This document shows positions 11,077 to 22,117 of a DNA stretch of 64,000 bases, one piece after another. How positions within the stretch are numbered: the stretch's first letter is position 1; each line of letters opens with the position of its first letter. The stretch is from Sulfolobales archaeon HS-7 (GTDB taxonomy: Archaea > Thermoproteota > Thermoprotei_A > Sulfolobales > Sulfolobaceae). The stretch is taken from positions 1,536,001 through 1,600,000 of the forward strand of contig AP024596.1 of NCBI GenBank assembly GCA_019704295.1. The letters are read 5' to 3'. The notes beneath the pieces are model-generated. The model was not told the DNA's origin, did no database searches, and worked only from the letters and a program-made list of their open reading frames with translations. The position numbers and the translations under genes are program-made.

Positions 11077-12267
11077 TTATAGGAATGCGATAAGGGAGAT
11101 CAAGCCCATTAACACGATGAGTACGAAGCTAAACCAATAGGCAATCTCGTAAGGAAAAGAACTAGCGTATTCTCTCATAATTGTCTTATTTCTGAGAACT
11201 AAGCCCATGATCACGCCTGGCCCTATGAGAACTATGAGGAGAAATACTAAGAAGTTTAACACCTCGTTAACTAACATGCTCTGGGGGAGCATTAAACTAA
11301 TAAGTAGGGCGGGAATACTTTCAATGACATATATCCAGAAGGCCCTTTCTCTGCGAAGCCCTATAGCTTCAACCGTTCCCCATGCTGAACCCAAAGATAT
11401 TATAACCAACGCTATGAATCCTGCAAAAATCAAGCCTATGCCAAACAGGTACGGAGAATAGGAACCCGCAATTGCCGTTAACGCCTTTGACAGTTGGATA
11501 GCTGAAGCGAAATTAGTTGTAGGACTTAATCCCGTGGTAGCCATCTCAACTATTACCATTAATAATTCCGTTACCACTGCACCTATCAAGGTTTCAATCC
11601 TCATCCAACTTACCATCTTCCTTCCATCTCCCCTTGAAAAGTGAACCCTCTTTTCTGCAGTAGCTGAGGCCTGAAAGAACAGCATAAAAGGCATGATTAC
11701 AGCGCCGGCATCAGCAGCCAGGATAAATAAGAAACTACGGGACGTCGAAAAATAGATGGGAAAACAGTTTCTAATGCCTCTGACTGCTAGATCTGCGGCA
11801 AAGCTCCCTACAAGTATCAGCGAGAGGAAAATCAACCACTTCTCAAACGTCACGTATTTTTTGCTTATTACTAATCCTATATGTACAACGAAAACTGCTA
11901 TCAAGAAGAACTCGGGAATTCCTATCATCTCAAACCCTATCGCTATTCCCAAGTACTCGACTACGTACGTTACTACATCGGTAAGTGCCATTGGTAGAGA
12001 CATAAGCAAGGCGTTCTTTCTACTGTAATTCTCCCTAATGATCTCCCCCAATCCCTTCCCTGTCGCAACTCCAATTCTTCCCGCTCCCTCCTGAATAAAG
12101 TAGAGGGGAACAATGAGCGCAAGCATAAACCAAACTAGTTTATATCCAAATGCCGCACCTGTTTCAGCGGCTCCTATTGTACTCGAAGCGTCCATATCGG
12201 CAATCATTACCAGCCATGCAGGTCCGAAGAACTTGAGGAACGTGAGTTTACGGTCAGTCGTATCCAT
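11077..12267 (-). CDS. NRAMP-family divalent metal transporter (NRMT-like clade)
   Basis: FFGPAWLVMIADMDASS, QEGAGRIGVATGKGL, GAVIMPFMLFFQ; about 11 TM segments. Confidence 0.88.
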   Translation of the reverse strand: MDTTDRKLTFLKFFGPAWLVMIADMDASSTIGAAETGAAFGYKLVWFMLALIVPLYFIQEGAGRIGVATGKGLGEIIRENYSRKNALLMSLPMALTDVVTYVVEYLGIAIGFEMIGIPEFFLIAVFVVHIGLVISKKYVTFEKWLIFLSLILVGSFAADLAVRGIRNCFPIYFSTSRSFLFILAADAGAVIMPFMLFFQASATAEKRVHFSRGDGRKMVSWMRIETLIGAVVTELLMVIVEMATTGLSPTTNFASAIQLSKALTAIAGSYSPYLFGIGLIFAGFIALVIISLGSAWGTVEAIGLRRERAFWIYVIESIPALLISLMLPQSMLVNEVLNFLVFLLIVLIGPGVIMGLVLRNKTIMREYASSFPYEIAYWFSFVLIVLMGLISLIAFL

Positions 12268-12327
12268 GTTACGACGTATCGTAATATAGTAATACTAATA
12301 TTTAAATCTTGGGTTAAGGAGCCTGTC

Positions 12328-13995
12328 TTAGGACGTATTGTTCTTAAGGAATAGAATGGTAGGTATGAGGATGGATGCAAAATCTTTCTTTGTTTCCGGT
12401 ATGTGACCTGCATCGGGTAAGATATGCACCTCGAACGACTTTCCCAGATTCATAAGCTTTTCAACATACCTAAGAATAGGACGTAACGGCGTTCTGGAAT
12501 CGTTTTGCCCTGCTATTATGCAAACAGGAGCCTTTACGTTTTCCACGTAAGCAATAGGAGACCTTTCCGACATCAACTTCCTGTCCCCTTTAAAGAGAAG
12601 ATCTATAAATCCCTTGAAGGCGGCATCTGCCAGCTCGTACATGTCAACCCAATCCGCAACGGGAGCCCCCGCCACTCCAGCCTTCCACAGTTCCGGGAAC
12701 TTCCCGAGTTGCTTTAACGTAGAGAATCCACCATAGGAATAGCCTACGGCAAACGCCTCTGTTATAATCTCCTTAAAGTACTTAACGGCGTTAGCTATAT
12801 CTTCCATATCCTTCCCTCCTGCATCTCCTATATCCATCATTCTGAACTGTTCACCGTAGCCAGTGGAACCCCTGAAATTAGGGGCTATTACGTGATAACC
12901 GTTTATTGCAAGAGCGGTAATAAACGGGTCGAAACTGTCATCTACTTCCCCCCAAGGTCCTCCATGGATGTACACCACGGTTGGACCAGGTAACTTAGCA
13001 GTTGACGACTTAACCAGGAAGGCTGGAATTTCTATTCCATCCGAAGATGGGTATGAGTGGTATTCCACCTCTCCTAAGTTTATCGTCCTGTCCCCCATTA
13101 CTTTCTTCCACTCACCGTTATATACGTATATTGAGGGAGGGGTGATCAGGTTAGAGTACGTAACGTATACCTTTCCAGAATCGAGAATTGCGTTAGAAAT
13201 TACACCCTCTGGCGTCTTAACCTTCTCTTCACCTACGTGTAGGCTGCTTCTTCCGCGCTCCTTTCCGACGAAAATTACTTTGCCCTCTCTGTAATCGTAG
13301 AAAGTGTAGTCCGTATAACCCTCATGTAACTTCTTTGGAATTTTCTCCCTTATATCCATCAAATAAAGGGCAAATTTCCCACTTTCGAAGTTGCTCGCGA
13401 ACAACACGCCTTTTTCCGTAATGAGCGGAGGATAACTACTACTCCCCACCTTAGGAGAGTAAGTTTCGAATTCATCGGTTTTCAAATTATAGAAAAATAA
13501 TTCCAAAGCTCCATCTGTTCTATAGCCCATACCTCCCGCGTATTCCCCGTAAATACTGCTGACTGCGGAGAAAGGGTAATTTAGATCCCTTACCTTTTCC
13601 GCTGTGTTACCCCTTATTACGTAAAGCGAATTCCTTTCCGCGGATCCGGTGAGAAGTCCAACCTTTCCATCAAATGCTGCGCTTAATACTCGCATGGCAG
13701 GATGTTGGATCTCAATACTTTTCTCCGCATTTACATCGTACATGAATACCTTATGGAGTTCCCTTCCCTTTGCTGCCTCATACGCATAGAGGAATTTTCC
13801 ATTCTCAATATATGTAGTTAACGTTATTCTCTCGGCGACTTTCACCCTGGCATCCCCCTTCATTAAAAATAGCGAACTAACTCCGTCTTCGTTCGAGGAG
13901 TAAAGCATGTAATTGCCCTTTACGTCTATTACAACGTAGTAGTTAAGTGAGGCTATCTCATAAGTCTTTTCTAAAATTTCCTTATAATCTATCAT
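12328..13995 (-). CDS. S9 family acylaminoacyl/prolyl oligopeptidase
   Basis: HGGPW, NFRGSTGYG, nucleophile GYSYGG, GQNDSRTP (Asp), DAGH (His); N-terminal propeller-like region. Confidence 0.95.
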   Translation of the reverse strand: MIDYKEILEKTYEIASLNYYVVIDVKGNYMLYSSNEDGVSSLFLMKGDARVKVAERITLTTYIENGKFLYAYEAAKGRELHKVFMYDVNAEKSIEIQHPAMRVLSAAFDGKVGLLTGSAERNSLYVIRGNTAEKVRDLNYPFSAVSSIYGEYAGGMGYRTDGALELFFYNLKTDEFETYSPKVGSSSYPPLITEKGVLFASNFESGKFALYLMDIREKIPKKLHEGYTDYTFYDYREGKVIFVGKERGRSSLHVGEEKVKTPEGVISNAILDSGKVYVTYSNLITPPSIYVYNGEWKKVMGDRTINLGEVEYHSYPSSDGIEIPAFLVKSSTAKLPGPTVVYIHGGPWGEVDDSFDPFITALAINGYHVIAPNFRGSTGYGEQFRMMDIGDAGGKDMEDIANAVKYFKEIITEAFAVGYSYGGFSTLKQLGKFPELWKAGVAGAPVADWVDMYELADAAFKGFIDLLFKGDRKLMSERSPIAYVENVKAPVCIIAGQNDSRTPLRPILRYVEKLMNLGKSFEVHILPDAGHIPETKKDFASILIPTILFLKNNTS

Positions 13996-14017
13996 GAGAT
14001 AATTATTACATAAGCGT

Positions 14018-14025
14018 AAAAAAAA
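14018..14025 (-). terminator. Oligo-T terminator after lacS
   Basis: T8 on the minus strand directly after the TAA stop. Confidence 0.5.
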
Positions 14026-15486
14026 TTACCGCCTGAGACCCTTAATTGGAGGTATACGATTAAGGTGTTCAACGCTTTCGGGAATTCCACCTTTTTTAGC
14101 TATTTCCCTGTAAACTAGGGCCGACGGATTCCAATAGAGCCTTTTCGTCGAGTAATCTACCCTTAGAAGTCCAAACTTCTGAGAAAAGCCTGAAGCCCAT
14201 TCGTAGTTATCAGCAAGCGACCAGTGAAGGTAACCCCTTACATCTGCTCCTTCTTCTATTGCCTTATAAACCTGATAGATATGAGAGACCAAATAGTACG
14301 GTCTCTGATAATCACCTTCATCAGCTATTCCGTTTTCCGTAACGTATATTGGAAGTCCATATCTCTTCCAGTACTTCACGATTACGTTCCTCAGTCCCTC
14401 GGGGTAGAATTCCCATCCGAAGTCGCTGGTTGGCCTCCCTCCAGCACTTAGGGAGTTCCTCTCGCAACCGTGACCGTAACCTGGTACTCCCGTATATCCG
14501 TCACCCGACTTCCTTACAACCGATCTTGTGTAGTAGTTTACTCCTATCCAATCGAGTTTACCCTTAAGGTCCTCCCTTACTTCATCCTTGTACTTACCAT
14601 TTATTATCGCGTCGAAAAAGGCCCACCTGTTATCGTACTCTGCTCTTGACGCAGCCTCTTCATCCTCCTGAGTTAGACCCTGAAAATCTGAATTAGCGTA
14701 TATTATCCCCACGGGTTTCTTATGAACCTTAAGCAGATCATATGCCCTAGCGTGAGCCTGGATTATGTTAAACATAGCCACTCCCATATATGAAAGGTTT
14801 AAATATCCAGGAGGAAAACCGCTTTTGACGCCGGAATAACCCGCGCCCCACACTACATTAGGCTCATTCATCGTTGAGTAGGCATCTACCAGATCGTCCA
14901 ACTTCCAGCTTATGTAAGAAGAGAATTTTGAGAACTCCAAAACGGTTTTAGTGGAGAGCCAACCTGTTCTTTCGGTTTTCTCCCCCCTTCTAACGGCTAT
15001 AGGATCATGAATCCAGAGGGGAAGTGGCCAATGATACAAATTCAAAATAAATTCAATGCCTCTTTCCTTCAGATCTGAGAACATCTTCCTGTAGTGCTCA
15101 ACGGCTTCCTTGTTTGCAATTGATTCCATTTTCTCAAGATCGCTCTGTTTTACATCGACGTAAGTAACCTTACCTTCCTTTACTTCGGCATCAACGTGAA
15201 GGTCAAAAGTAGGATTTGGAAAGATCCTACTCCACTCTACCCCTATTCTGGCTATCTTTAATCCCATGTCCTCTGCAATATCGTGAAATTTCTTGTAGTT
15301 GTGCCAGTAGGCTGGTCCGTTCTCGGGGAGGTCTCCACTTACCATCCCAGCGATAATGTTCTCCCTGTCATGAACCCACACGTACCAATCGCTGTTGGGA
15401 TCCTCACCGCCAGGGAGTCCCATCTCAGATTGAAATCCAGCCTGAGACCATCCAAACTTAAATCCTGGTTTAAACGTTGACATCAA
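14026..15486 (-). CDS. lacS: GH1 beta-glycosidase/beta-galactosidase (LacS-type)
   Basis: [18 protein letters not shown] (acid/base), VTENG (nucleophile), [13 protein letters not shown]. Confidence 0.95.
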   Translation of the reverse strand: MMSTFKPGFKFGWSQAGFQSEMGLPGGEDPNSDWYVWVHDRENIIAGMVSGDLPENGPAYWHNYKKFHDIAEDMGLKIARIGVEWSRIFPNPTFDLHVDAEVKEGKVTYVDVKQSDLEKMESIANKEAVEHYRKMFSDLKERGIEFILNLYHWPLPLWIHDPIAVRRGEKTERTGWLSTKTVLEFSKFSSYISWKLDDLVDAYSTMNEPNVVWGAGYSGVKSGFPPGYLNLSYMGVAMFNIIQAHARAYDLLKVHKKPVGIIYANSDFQGLTQEDEEAASRAEYDNRWAFFDAIINGKYKDEVREDLKGKLDWIGVNYYTRSVVRKSGDGYTGVPGYGHGCERNSLSAGGRPTSDFGWEFYPEGLRNVIVKYWKRYGLPIYVTENGIADEGDYQRPYYLVSHIYQVYKAIEEGADVRGYLHWSLADNYEWASGFSQKFGLLRVDYSTKRLYWNPSALVYREIAKKGGIPESVEHLNRIPPIKGLRR

Positions 15487-15769
15487 AAGTCGATATCACT
15501 TCATATCTCTCGTTTTTAAATCTACTTTAGTTTTTTATATACCAAGCGAGTATTAGACTAACGATGAGACAAATAGAAATTTAGAATGAATGGGTAAATT
15601 TACGTAGGGCTGTATATACTCATCTATACTTAGTTTAGCCTTAGCAAATAGATCTCGCGGGCTGTATTATAGGTTCTTTATTTAAATTTATACATATGCA
15701 TAATGAGGTAATTACGTTTCACACTAATTTAAGGACTGCCTCTCCGCAGGTCAGCTAATACTGGTAAAG

Positions 15770-16030
15770 GTATTCTGGTTTATGATTAAGACTCCTGAAT
15801 TTTGGTAAAGTCTTTAGAAGAGTAGTGAACTCGCCCTCCCAATTTGTATACCTAACGCGGTAACATCGACCGGGCCTTTAACGACCCTACCATCAACATC
15901 ATAAGCCTTAAACCTAGATCCCATGTCTAGCGTTGGGAAAAAGGGCGTCGCTACTAATTATCCCTTACTACAAAGGGGGATAACCATCCTTGCGGGTCTT
16001 CCACCTTCCCTTACTAAGATAAATACTTGT
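15770..16030 (-). mobile_element. Possible IS N-terminal remnant
   Basis: Short broken fragment (LFPTLDMGSRFKAYD) reminiscent of Sulfolobales IS transposase N-termini; weak. Confidence 0.3.
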
Positions 16031-16040
16031 TTGAAGATAT

Positions 16041-17084
16041 TTGGTTATGAAGAAAAAGGATCAACCTCATGATATTTTTGACGACGTATGGAGGCCTTCA
16101 AGTCCTAAGGAAACGGAAAGGGTTCTCAATGTTATGAAATTAATAGTAGAAGGGGAAGACGCTAAAGCAATGAGAGAAATAGATTCTATGCTGAAAGAGA
16201 ACCCGAAAAATACGATGCCGTATATTCTGAAAGCTACGGCAGAAACGCTGTCCGGCGATCTTAACTCTGCTATTGACACTCTTCAAACTGCTAGAAATAT
16301 CCTACCCTACGGGGATAGAAAAAGAGTCGGCATATTCGCAATGGAGTTTACCTTATTAGAGGAGATTAGGCCTGCAAAGGAGTTGGTTGAAATTATTAAT
16401 AAGGTTCTAGAGGAGTTTCCTGACCAAGCGTATTTACTCTTTTTGAGAGGAAAGACTTACTCGCGGTTGGGTAAGATTAAGAAAGCCATTCACGACTTAA
16501 ATAAAGTAATTGAAAGTAAGGATATCACTAAAAGACAAAGGGCAATCGCGGTACAAGAGCTCGCCTTTTGCCACCTATATCGTGATAGATTTGAGGATTC
16601 CTTGAGGGAATTAGATAGGTCAATAAAGGAGTATAACACAGCTTCTGCACACGTTAATAAAGGAGTGGTACTCTCGGCGATGGGGAGGTTTGAGGACGCA
16701 CTAAAGGAATATGATGAGGCAATAAAGTTGAAACCTAAGAGTAAAATAGCTCACCTAAATAAGGGGATCCTACTAAGGAAAATCGGTAAGAAAAAGGAAG
16801 CGCTTAAAGAGCTTTTAATTGCTAAGAAGCTAACGGAAGCAGACCTGAAGGTAGAAATCAATCTTTTAGGAATATATCTCGAAATGTGCGACAAAAAGAA
16901 CGCGTTCAAAGAACTAACGGAAATCGAGGGAATAATGAGAGAGAGCGAAGCGTTGGCGGAGAAGTACTCTAAGATGAGTTATAGGGAGAAAACTGAATTA
17001 GAGAAATCCACGAAAGCAACAATTATAGGATTAAGGACTTTAGTTATTGCCCGTATGACAAAATGCGATGGTAGGAATTCTTAA
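16041..17084 (+). CDS. Tetratricopeptide repeat protein (start may be ATG 16047)
   Basis: Repeated TPR units, e.g. AHVNKGVVLSAMGRFEDALKEYDEAIKLKP and AHLNKGILLRKIGKKKEA. Confidence 0.9.
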   Translation: MVMKKKDQPHDIFDDVWRPSSPKETERVLNVMKLIVEGEDAKAMREIDSMLKENPKNTMPYILKATAETLSGDLNSAIDTLQTARNILPYGDRKRVGIFAMEFTLLEEIRPAKELVEIINKVLEEFPDQAYLLFLRGKTYSRLGKIKKAIHDLNKVIESKDITKRQRAIAVQELAFCHLYRDRFEDSLRELDRSIKEYNTASAHVNKGVVLSAMGRFEDALKEYDEAIKLKPKSKIAHLNKGILLRKIGKKKEALKELLIAKKLTEADLKVEINLLGIYLEMCDKKNAFKELTEIEGIMRESEALAEKYSKMSYREKTELEKSTKATIIGLRTLVIARMTKCDGRNS

Positions 17085-17547
17085 TATTAAGAATCTCACC
17101 TACAATATCTCAATATAGTAGATTCGCTCGATAATGTTTATATTCAACTGCACTTAAATTGAAATATAAGAAGTCTCTGTTTTTTTCCATAATAATGAAA
17201 CATATTCCCTCCTACCTGATGTATATTATTGTTGCAACATATATAAGCATTAGAAAGGAAATTTTTGTCTAGGGAACCTAACAATATCAGGTTAATTGAA
17301 CACCTATACTTTCTTGAGTTTTTAGGATATTCCCAACGCAGCAATTTCCCTCAACTCCAACAATTTTCAAAGATTTTCAATTCCAATAAGATAGCTTTAA
17401 TGGGTGCTTACGTTAATTACGTAAGACTCTAGAAAGCTCTTTCAAGAAAGTATTATCTAAACTGCACATAATAGTAATACTATACATAATAGTAATTGAG
17501 TCAATTCTTCATCAGGTAAGGCGAGATTTCTAGTAATTTGCACCTAC

Positions 17548-18417
17548 TTAGAAATTCCTTAGACGCGGATCAACAAACTTCTGTACACCTATTGACATCA
17601 TCATAAGACCTATCTCGTATACGATTATCACAATTATGGGGATCACCAGATTATACATACCCAGCGGGGAATATATAGCGCCGCCTATACTTGTCGCAAA
17701 GTTCAATATGACTCCCCAATTTGTATTATTCAGAGGAAGGAACCCGAAGGCGTATAGACCAACTAGACCAAAGACGTAAAACATCATATCTTGAAACAGG
17801 TGGACTAGAATGTAAGACATCATTGGATAAACTATCTCCCCAAATAATATTTTTCTATTTCCAAAACCCAACATCTGTGCCATCATGACGTAACCCTGAT
17901 TCTTCAGCGAATAGGTAAACCCTCTTATAGCCTTTGCCATCCCTGCCCAAGAGAACATGCTCAGAATTCCTCCTAGAATTAAAGGATTACTCGTATGTAT
18001 AATAGTTGCGAGTATGAGAGTTATTGGAAATCCCGGTATGGTAAGCACCATCTCGAAAAGGGCGTTTAATGCCATATCTACTCTTTTTCCCAGAAATCCT
18101 GCAAGGAGTCCGAGTGAGACCCCCACCCCTATCGTGATCAGTGAGGCTATTGTCGTAACCTCAAGAATAAATGGTGTACCCCATACTATTTCGTCAAATA
18201 GAGGGAGTCCTTCGTAATCCGTACCGAAGATGTAAAGGGGGAAATCCTTCAGTGAAGGTGGGAGAAAAGCGTCAGCGGGATTCGCTAATTTTGGGGAGGG
18301 ATACGGGACAAAGAGTAAGCCCACTGTTCCCATTAACACATACACTAAGAAGACCAGGAAACCAGCGAAGAAGATTTTATTCCTGAAAATATTCGACAAG
18401 CTATCCCTACTAGGCAC
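17548..18417 (-). CDS. Opp/Dpp-type ABC permease (OppC-like)
   Basis: IFGTDYEG, EAA-like YVMMAQMLG, NWG, C-terminal DPRLR. Confidence 0.92.
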   Translation of the reverse strand: MPSRDSLSNIFRNKIFFAGFLVFLVYVLMGTVGLLFVPYPSPKLANPADAFLPPSLKDFPLYIFGTDYEGLPLFDEIVWGTPFILEVTTIASLITIGVGVSLGLLAGFLGKRVDMALNALFEMVLTIPGFPITLILATIIHTSNPLILGGILSMFSWAGMAKAIRGFTYSLKNQGYVMMAQMLGFGNRKILFGEIVYPMMSYILVHLFQDMMFYVFGLVGLYAFGFLPLNNTNWGVILNFATSIGGAIYSPLGMYNLVIPIIVIIVYEIGLMMMSIGVQKFVDPRLRNF

Positions 18418-19405
18418 CTAACCTCACCCTCGGATCGAGGACTCCATATAGGATGTCTGCGATGATATTCCCTATTACGCTTACCGTAACTATCACCAAC
18501 AAACATCCTATAGCTAATGGGTAATCCTTACCTGTCAGGGCAGTAGCGTAAAGGGAACCGACGCCGTAGAGCCCAAATATGCTCTCTACGAAAGTGGCGG
18601 AACCTAACAGAAGTCCAAAGGAGTACATTAATCGGGTGAAGGAGGGAATAACTGATAGTCTACCTATATAGTCGAACATTATCGTTCTTCCCCTTAAACC
18701 TCTCAATTTGGCGTAATTTACAAAGTCCTCCTTAGCTATGGACGCAGCCGCAGATCTTATACTTAGTATCCACCCCGGTATCATTGGAATCGAAAATGAA
18801 AGTATAGGTAAGGTGTAATGATATAACAAATTCTCAATAAACGTCAGATTAAACGCAACCTGATGAACTGAGTATGAACCGGAGACCGGAAAATAGTTCT
18901 TATAAACCGCTAAGAACAACAGGAGGATTATCGCGAGTAGATAACTGGGAACTGCATTTACGGCCGCTGAAGATACCGTTATAATCGAATCTATTTTGCC
19001 TCCAGAATATTTTGATGAGAAAAGTCCGATCAGTACTCCTACTACGTATGAAAATATTAATGATGCGGTAACCAAAAATACGGTGAAGGGAATTTCATAA
19101 GCGATTAGAGTAGCTACTGGTTCGTGAAGGTAAATTGACCGACCTAGATCACCGTGTAGTAGTTGAGACATATATGAGACATACGCAGCCGGTGCGCTTT
19201 GGTTAACGTTTATGAGAAACACCGTCCTCGCTTTAGCTACAGCATATGCCCTACTATACCCTTTAGCTAGAAGCGATGAAATATACAGTTGCACTGGGTT
19301 ACCCGGAGCAATATAGAGAAGTATATATGTAAGAGAGACTACGACGAATATTGTTACGACCCCTAGGACAACTCTCTTAAACAGCCACCATAAGAAGGGC
19401 TTCAT
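18410..19405 (-). CDS. Opp/Dpp-type ABC permease (OppB-like)
   Basis: APGNP, GDLGRSI, EDFVNYAKLRGL, VESIF, KDYP, ADILYGVLDPRVR. Confidence 0.93.
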   Translation of the reverse strand: MKPFLWWLFKRVVLGVVTIFVVVSLTYILLYIAPGNPVQLYISSLLAKGYSRAYAVAKARTVFLINVNQSAPAAYVSYMSQLLHGDLGRSIYLHEPVATLIAYEIPFTVFLVTASLIFSYVVGVLIGLFSSKYSGGKIDSIITVSSAAVNAVPSYLLAIILLLFLAVYKNYFPVSGSYSVHQVAFNLTFIENLLYHYTLPILSFSIPMIPGWILSIRSAAASIAKEDFVNYAKLRGLRGRTIMFDYIGRLSVIPSFTRLMYSFGLLLGSATFVESIFGLYGVGSLYATALTGKDYPLAIGCLLVIVTVSVIGNIIADILYGVLDPRVRLGA

Positions 19406-19428
19406 TAAGACTATAATTTACTCTAGGC

Positions 19429-19440
19429 AATATATAAACC
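19429..19440 (-). promoter_or_regulatory. TATA box for the permease genes
   Basis: TTTATATA on the minus strand about 25 nt upstream of ATG 19405 (leaderless spacing). Confidence 0.55.
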
Positions 19441-19471
19441 TTGTCTTTACAATAAACGAGTTTAATAAAAA

Positions 19472-19498
19472 TAACTTAAAAAAATCTAACTTAAAAAA
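19472..19498 (-). terminator. Tandem T-tract terminator after the binding-protein gene
   Basis: 12-bp direct repeat taacttaaaaaa x2, giving T6 and T7 tracts on the minus strand just after the stop. Confidence 0.55.
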
Positions 19499-19504
19499 TT
19501 AAAT

Positions 19505-21595
19505 TTATCTTTTCCTTATGAAAAATATAGCCAATGCTGCAATTGCTATAACTACAACAACGACTATCGCTATCGTTATAGTGTACGACGGATGAGTTGA
19601 AGGTACTGTTGTTGAGGGAGGAGTTGCTAACGTGGGAGGAACTGTAGAGGAGACTGGAGGCACAGATGAGGTTGTAGAAGGTACTGTAGATGTGGTAGTT
19701 TGAGGAACGGTTGTCGTAGTTGTGGTAACGTTGTATACGTAAGATGGAATTGGCGGCGTTACGTTTGGTGGTGTTATATATCCATCTAGGAATCCTATTA
19801 CAGGACCCATATACTCAAAGTCGTATGCTATGAACGGGAATAACGTTGTAGATATGAATGTTGAGTTATTAGTATTAAGAATTGCCTGATAATTAGCCTG
19901 GAATGGATTTAACTCAACAGGCTCTACTTTCTCTACATCCGCTATAGCCGGTAACCAGTAGTTATACCAGGCCATGAGCTTCTCCGTATCGTTAATATAT
20001 AGCGGTGAAGAAGACGATATTGAGTGCATCTGTAACATTACCTGAGTGACGTTAATAGTGTAGTTGTGCCCCTCGTACATATACCACGTGTTCAGCGACA
20101 GGTTAAACGGTGGTTGAGGTATTATACTCCCTATTCTCCACGCATCAACTATACTAGTAAATGGGGTGAAGAAGGGCCCTACTTCGAATGCACCTGAGAA
20201 GAAGTCTGAGTAGTATGTGGAGGTCGTTATTTCGTATACCTGGGACTTTATTCCGAAGGCGTCAAATTGGTTTGCCAACTCCTGAGAAAGGGCGACCCAA
20301 TCAGTAAGAGAATTAGGTGCCAGTATGCTTATCTGGAACTGAGAACCGTTGGGTAGATACCATTCTCCGTTTTTCTCCGTTAAACCAGCCTTCTCTAGTA
20401 GTTGAGTAGCTAGAGTCAGGTTGTAAGTATAGTTATTTAATCCCTCCCAGAAAGAGGAAGGAATTACTGACTCGAACTGGTTCTGGAAACCTAAAGGTAT
20501 CCCGGCGAAGTTAACAGGTCCTGGTTCGTAATCTGGAGCGTACGCTGCAGCTAATTCTGTTAAGTTAACGACGTGATAAAGTGCCTGCCTTACGAGGGAT
20601 ATGTTAAAGGGATAAATCTTAGGATTAAGGTAAAAGCCGACCCCTCCATAAGTATCAGCCATGTAAAGGGTCATTCCCTCTCCTTTAAGCGTATCGTATA
20701 TACTTAGGGGAATTGCCGTTGTCCCGTAGCCGCAAATACCCGAAACCAAAAAGTTCTCCGACTGCGTATTTCCGCTGCTCCAATAGGTTATCATCTCAGG
20801 ATAATATTTAAGTGAGGAATTGGGGAATGCCTGTTCAAAATATGGGTTTGCATTCCATACCATGTATTCGTCATTCATACTACTAACATTAGGAAGGTAA
20901 AACCCATTGCTGGTTGGCGTTACATTGAGTTTCTCTATCGCAGAAGTAAGATTAGAGAGGTAACTGCTTAGGGCTGGGTTGGAAGTATTAAGAGGATATA
21001 GAGTAGCAGCGTAATTACCGAATTGGAAGTACGGAGCACCTACTGCAGGTGCTAACACTACTGATTCTGTCCTTATGAAATTCTTATATGTACTACCCTT
21101 GAATAGGAAGGCCACCGTATAATTATTTATTACCGATACGTTATAGAGACCGTAAGTTGAGAACCATCCGAATAACCTAATGCCTATTATATACGTTGTC
21201 CACACATCCCATGCGGTAAATGGCTTAGGACCTGTAGGAGTATCCCAGTAGTATGGGTGCCTTAAGGTTACTATCATTTCACTTCCATTCCATGTCCAGT
21301 TAGTTGCGAGCAAGGGAATAAATTGGTTCTCATTATGGACGTATATAGCTAACGGGAGGTATTGCCACATGAAAAGCCATAGATTCGTAGAAGACCAGTA
21401 ATTCCAGTAAACTCCACCTGGAGTAGGAGGTCCCTCTGGGGCCCATTGCCATACTCCTTTAGGGATCTTATTGGGTAGCGTATTACTGGTTGTTATGAGG
21501 TTCGTAGTAGGTAAAAACGGGAGTAACATAACAACCAGTAGAAATATACCAACTAGTATCCTATAATTTAAACTTCTTAGTCTATTTAATCTCAT
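19505..21595 (-). CDS. Family-5 ABC substrate-binding protein (oligosaccharide or peptide)
   Basis: Signal peptide, PLLATNW, FTAWDV, VRQALY, many N-x-S/T sequons, Ser/Thr/Pro linker, C-terminal TM plus RKR. Confidence 0.92.
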   Translation of the reverse strand: MRLNRLRSLNYRILVGIFLLVVMLLPFLPTTNLITTSNTLPNKIPKGVWQWAPEGPPTPGGVYWNYWSSTNLWLFMWQYLPLAIYVHNENQFIPLLATNWTWNGSEMIVTLRHPYYWDTPTGPKPFTAWDVWTTYIIGIRLFGWFSTYGLYNVSVINNYTVAFLFKGSTYKNFIRTESVVLAPAVGAPYFQFGNYAATLYPLNTSNPALSSYLSNLTSAIEKLNVTPTSNGFYLPNVSSMNDEYMVWNANPYFEQAFPNSSLKYYPEMITYWSSGNTQSENFLVSGICGYGTTAIPLSIYDTLKGEGMTLYMADTYGGVGFYLNPKIYPFNISLVRQALYHVVNLTELAAAYAPDYEPGPVNFAGIPLGFQNQFESVIPSSFWEGLNNYTYNLTLATQLLEKAGLTEKNGEWYLPNGSQFQISILAPNSLTDWVALSQELANQFDAFGIKSQVYEITTSTYYSDFFSGAFEVGPFFTPFTSIVDAWRIGSIIPQPPFNLSLNTWYMYEGHNYTINVTQVMLQMHSISSSSPLYINDTEKLMAWYNYWLPAIADVEKVEPVELNPFQANYQAILNTNNSTFISTTLFPFIAYDFEYMGPVIGFLDGYITPPNVTPPIPSYVYNVTTTTTTVPQTTTSTVPSTTSSVPPVSSTVPPTLATPPSTTVPSTHPSYTITIAIVVVVVIAIAALAIFFIRKR

Positions 21596-22117
21596 TACCT
21601 ATTGAGTAGTGGATCCCATTTAATAAACTTTTTCACACCACTTAAGCAGAACGTATTACTCAATTTACACTGACTTCGTTATTCCACCTTTGTCTATTTA
21701 GGAACTAGGAAAGAAACCGTCTTACAGGTAACACAATTTGTTTAAGTTATTGGTAAACGTTAAAATTACACCTGAAATTTTTTATACCGTTCAGAATGAC
21801 ATTTTCTACTGCTTAGCCCCCCTCTCCTTAATATATATTCAAAAATAATAGGCCTGAAAAATAATACGCTTGACACCCTCTTATCCTAAGATTCGTTTAC
21901 TATAATAATTTGCTTATACCAAGTGAAAAAACTGCTAATATATAACCATTTCCATCTACATATACTTCATTCAATCTTATTTCTCTAGCTTATTTGGAAT
22001 TGAAATAATGCATGTAGCGGTATTTACCTCATATGCTGTGAGAGTAATAACCTAACTTAAAATTGGAAATAGTGAGTTGGAAAATAATATAAGTATAAAC
22101 TTCAAAAAGTTAATTGC

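Noticed and set aside
17466-17496. 13-bp direct repeat acataatagtaat x2
   Set aside because: Two copies in AT-rich DNA between convergent genes; likely a local duplication
19590-19735. Repetitive Thr/Ser/Pro-coding DNA
   Set aside because: This is the usual glycosylated linker of Sulfolobales binding proteins
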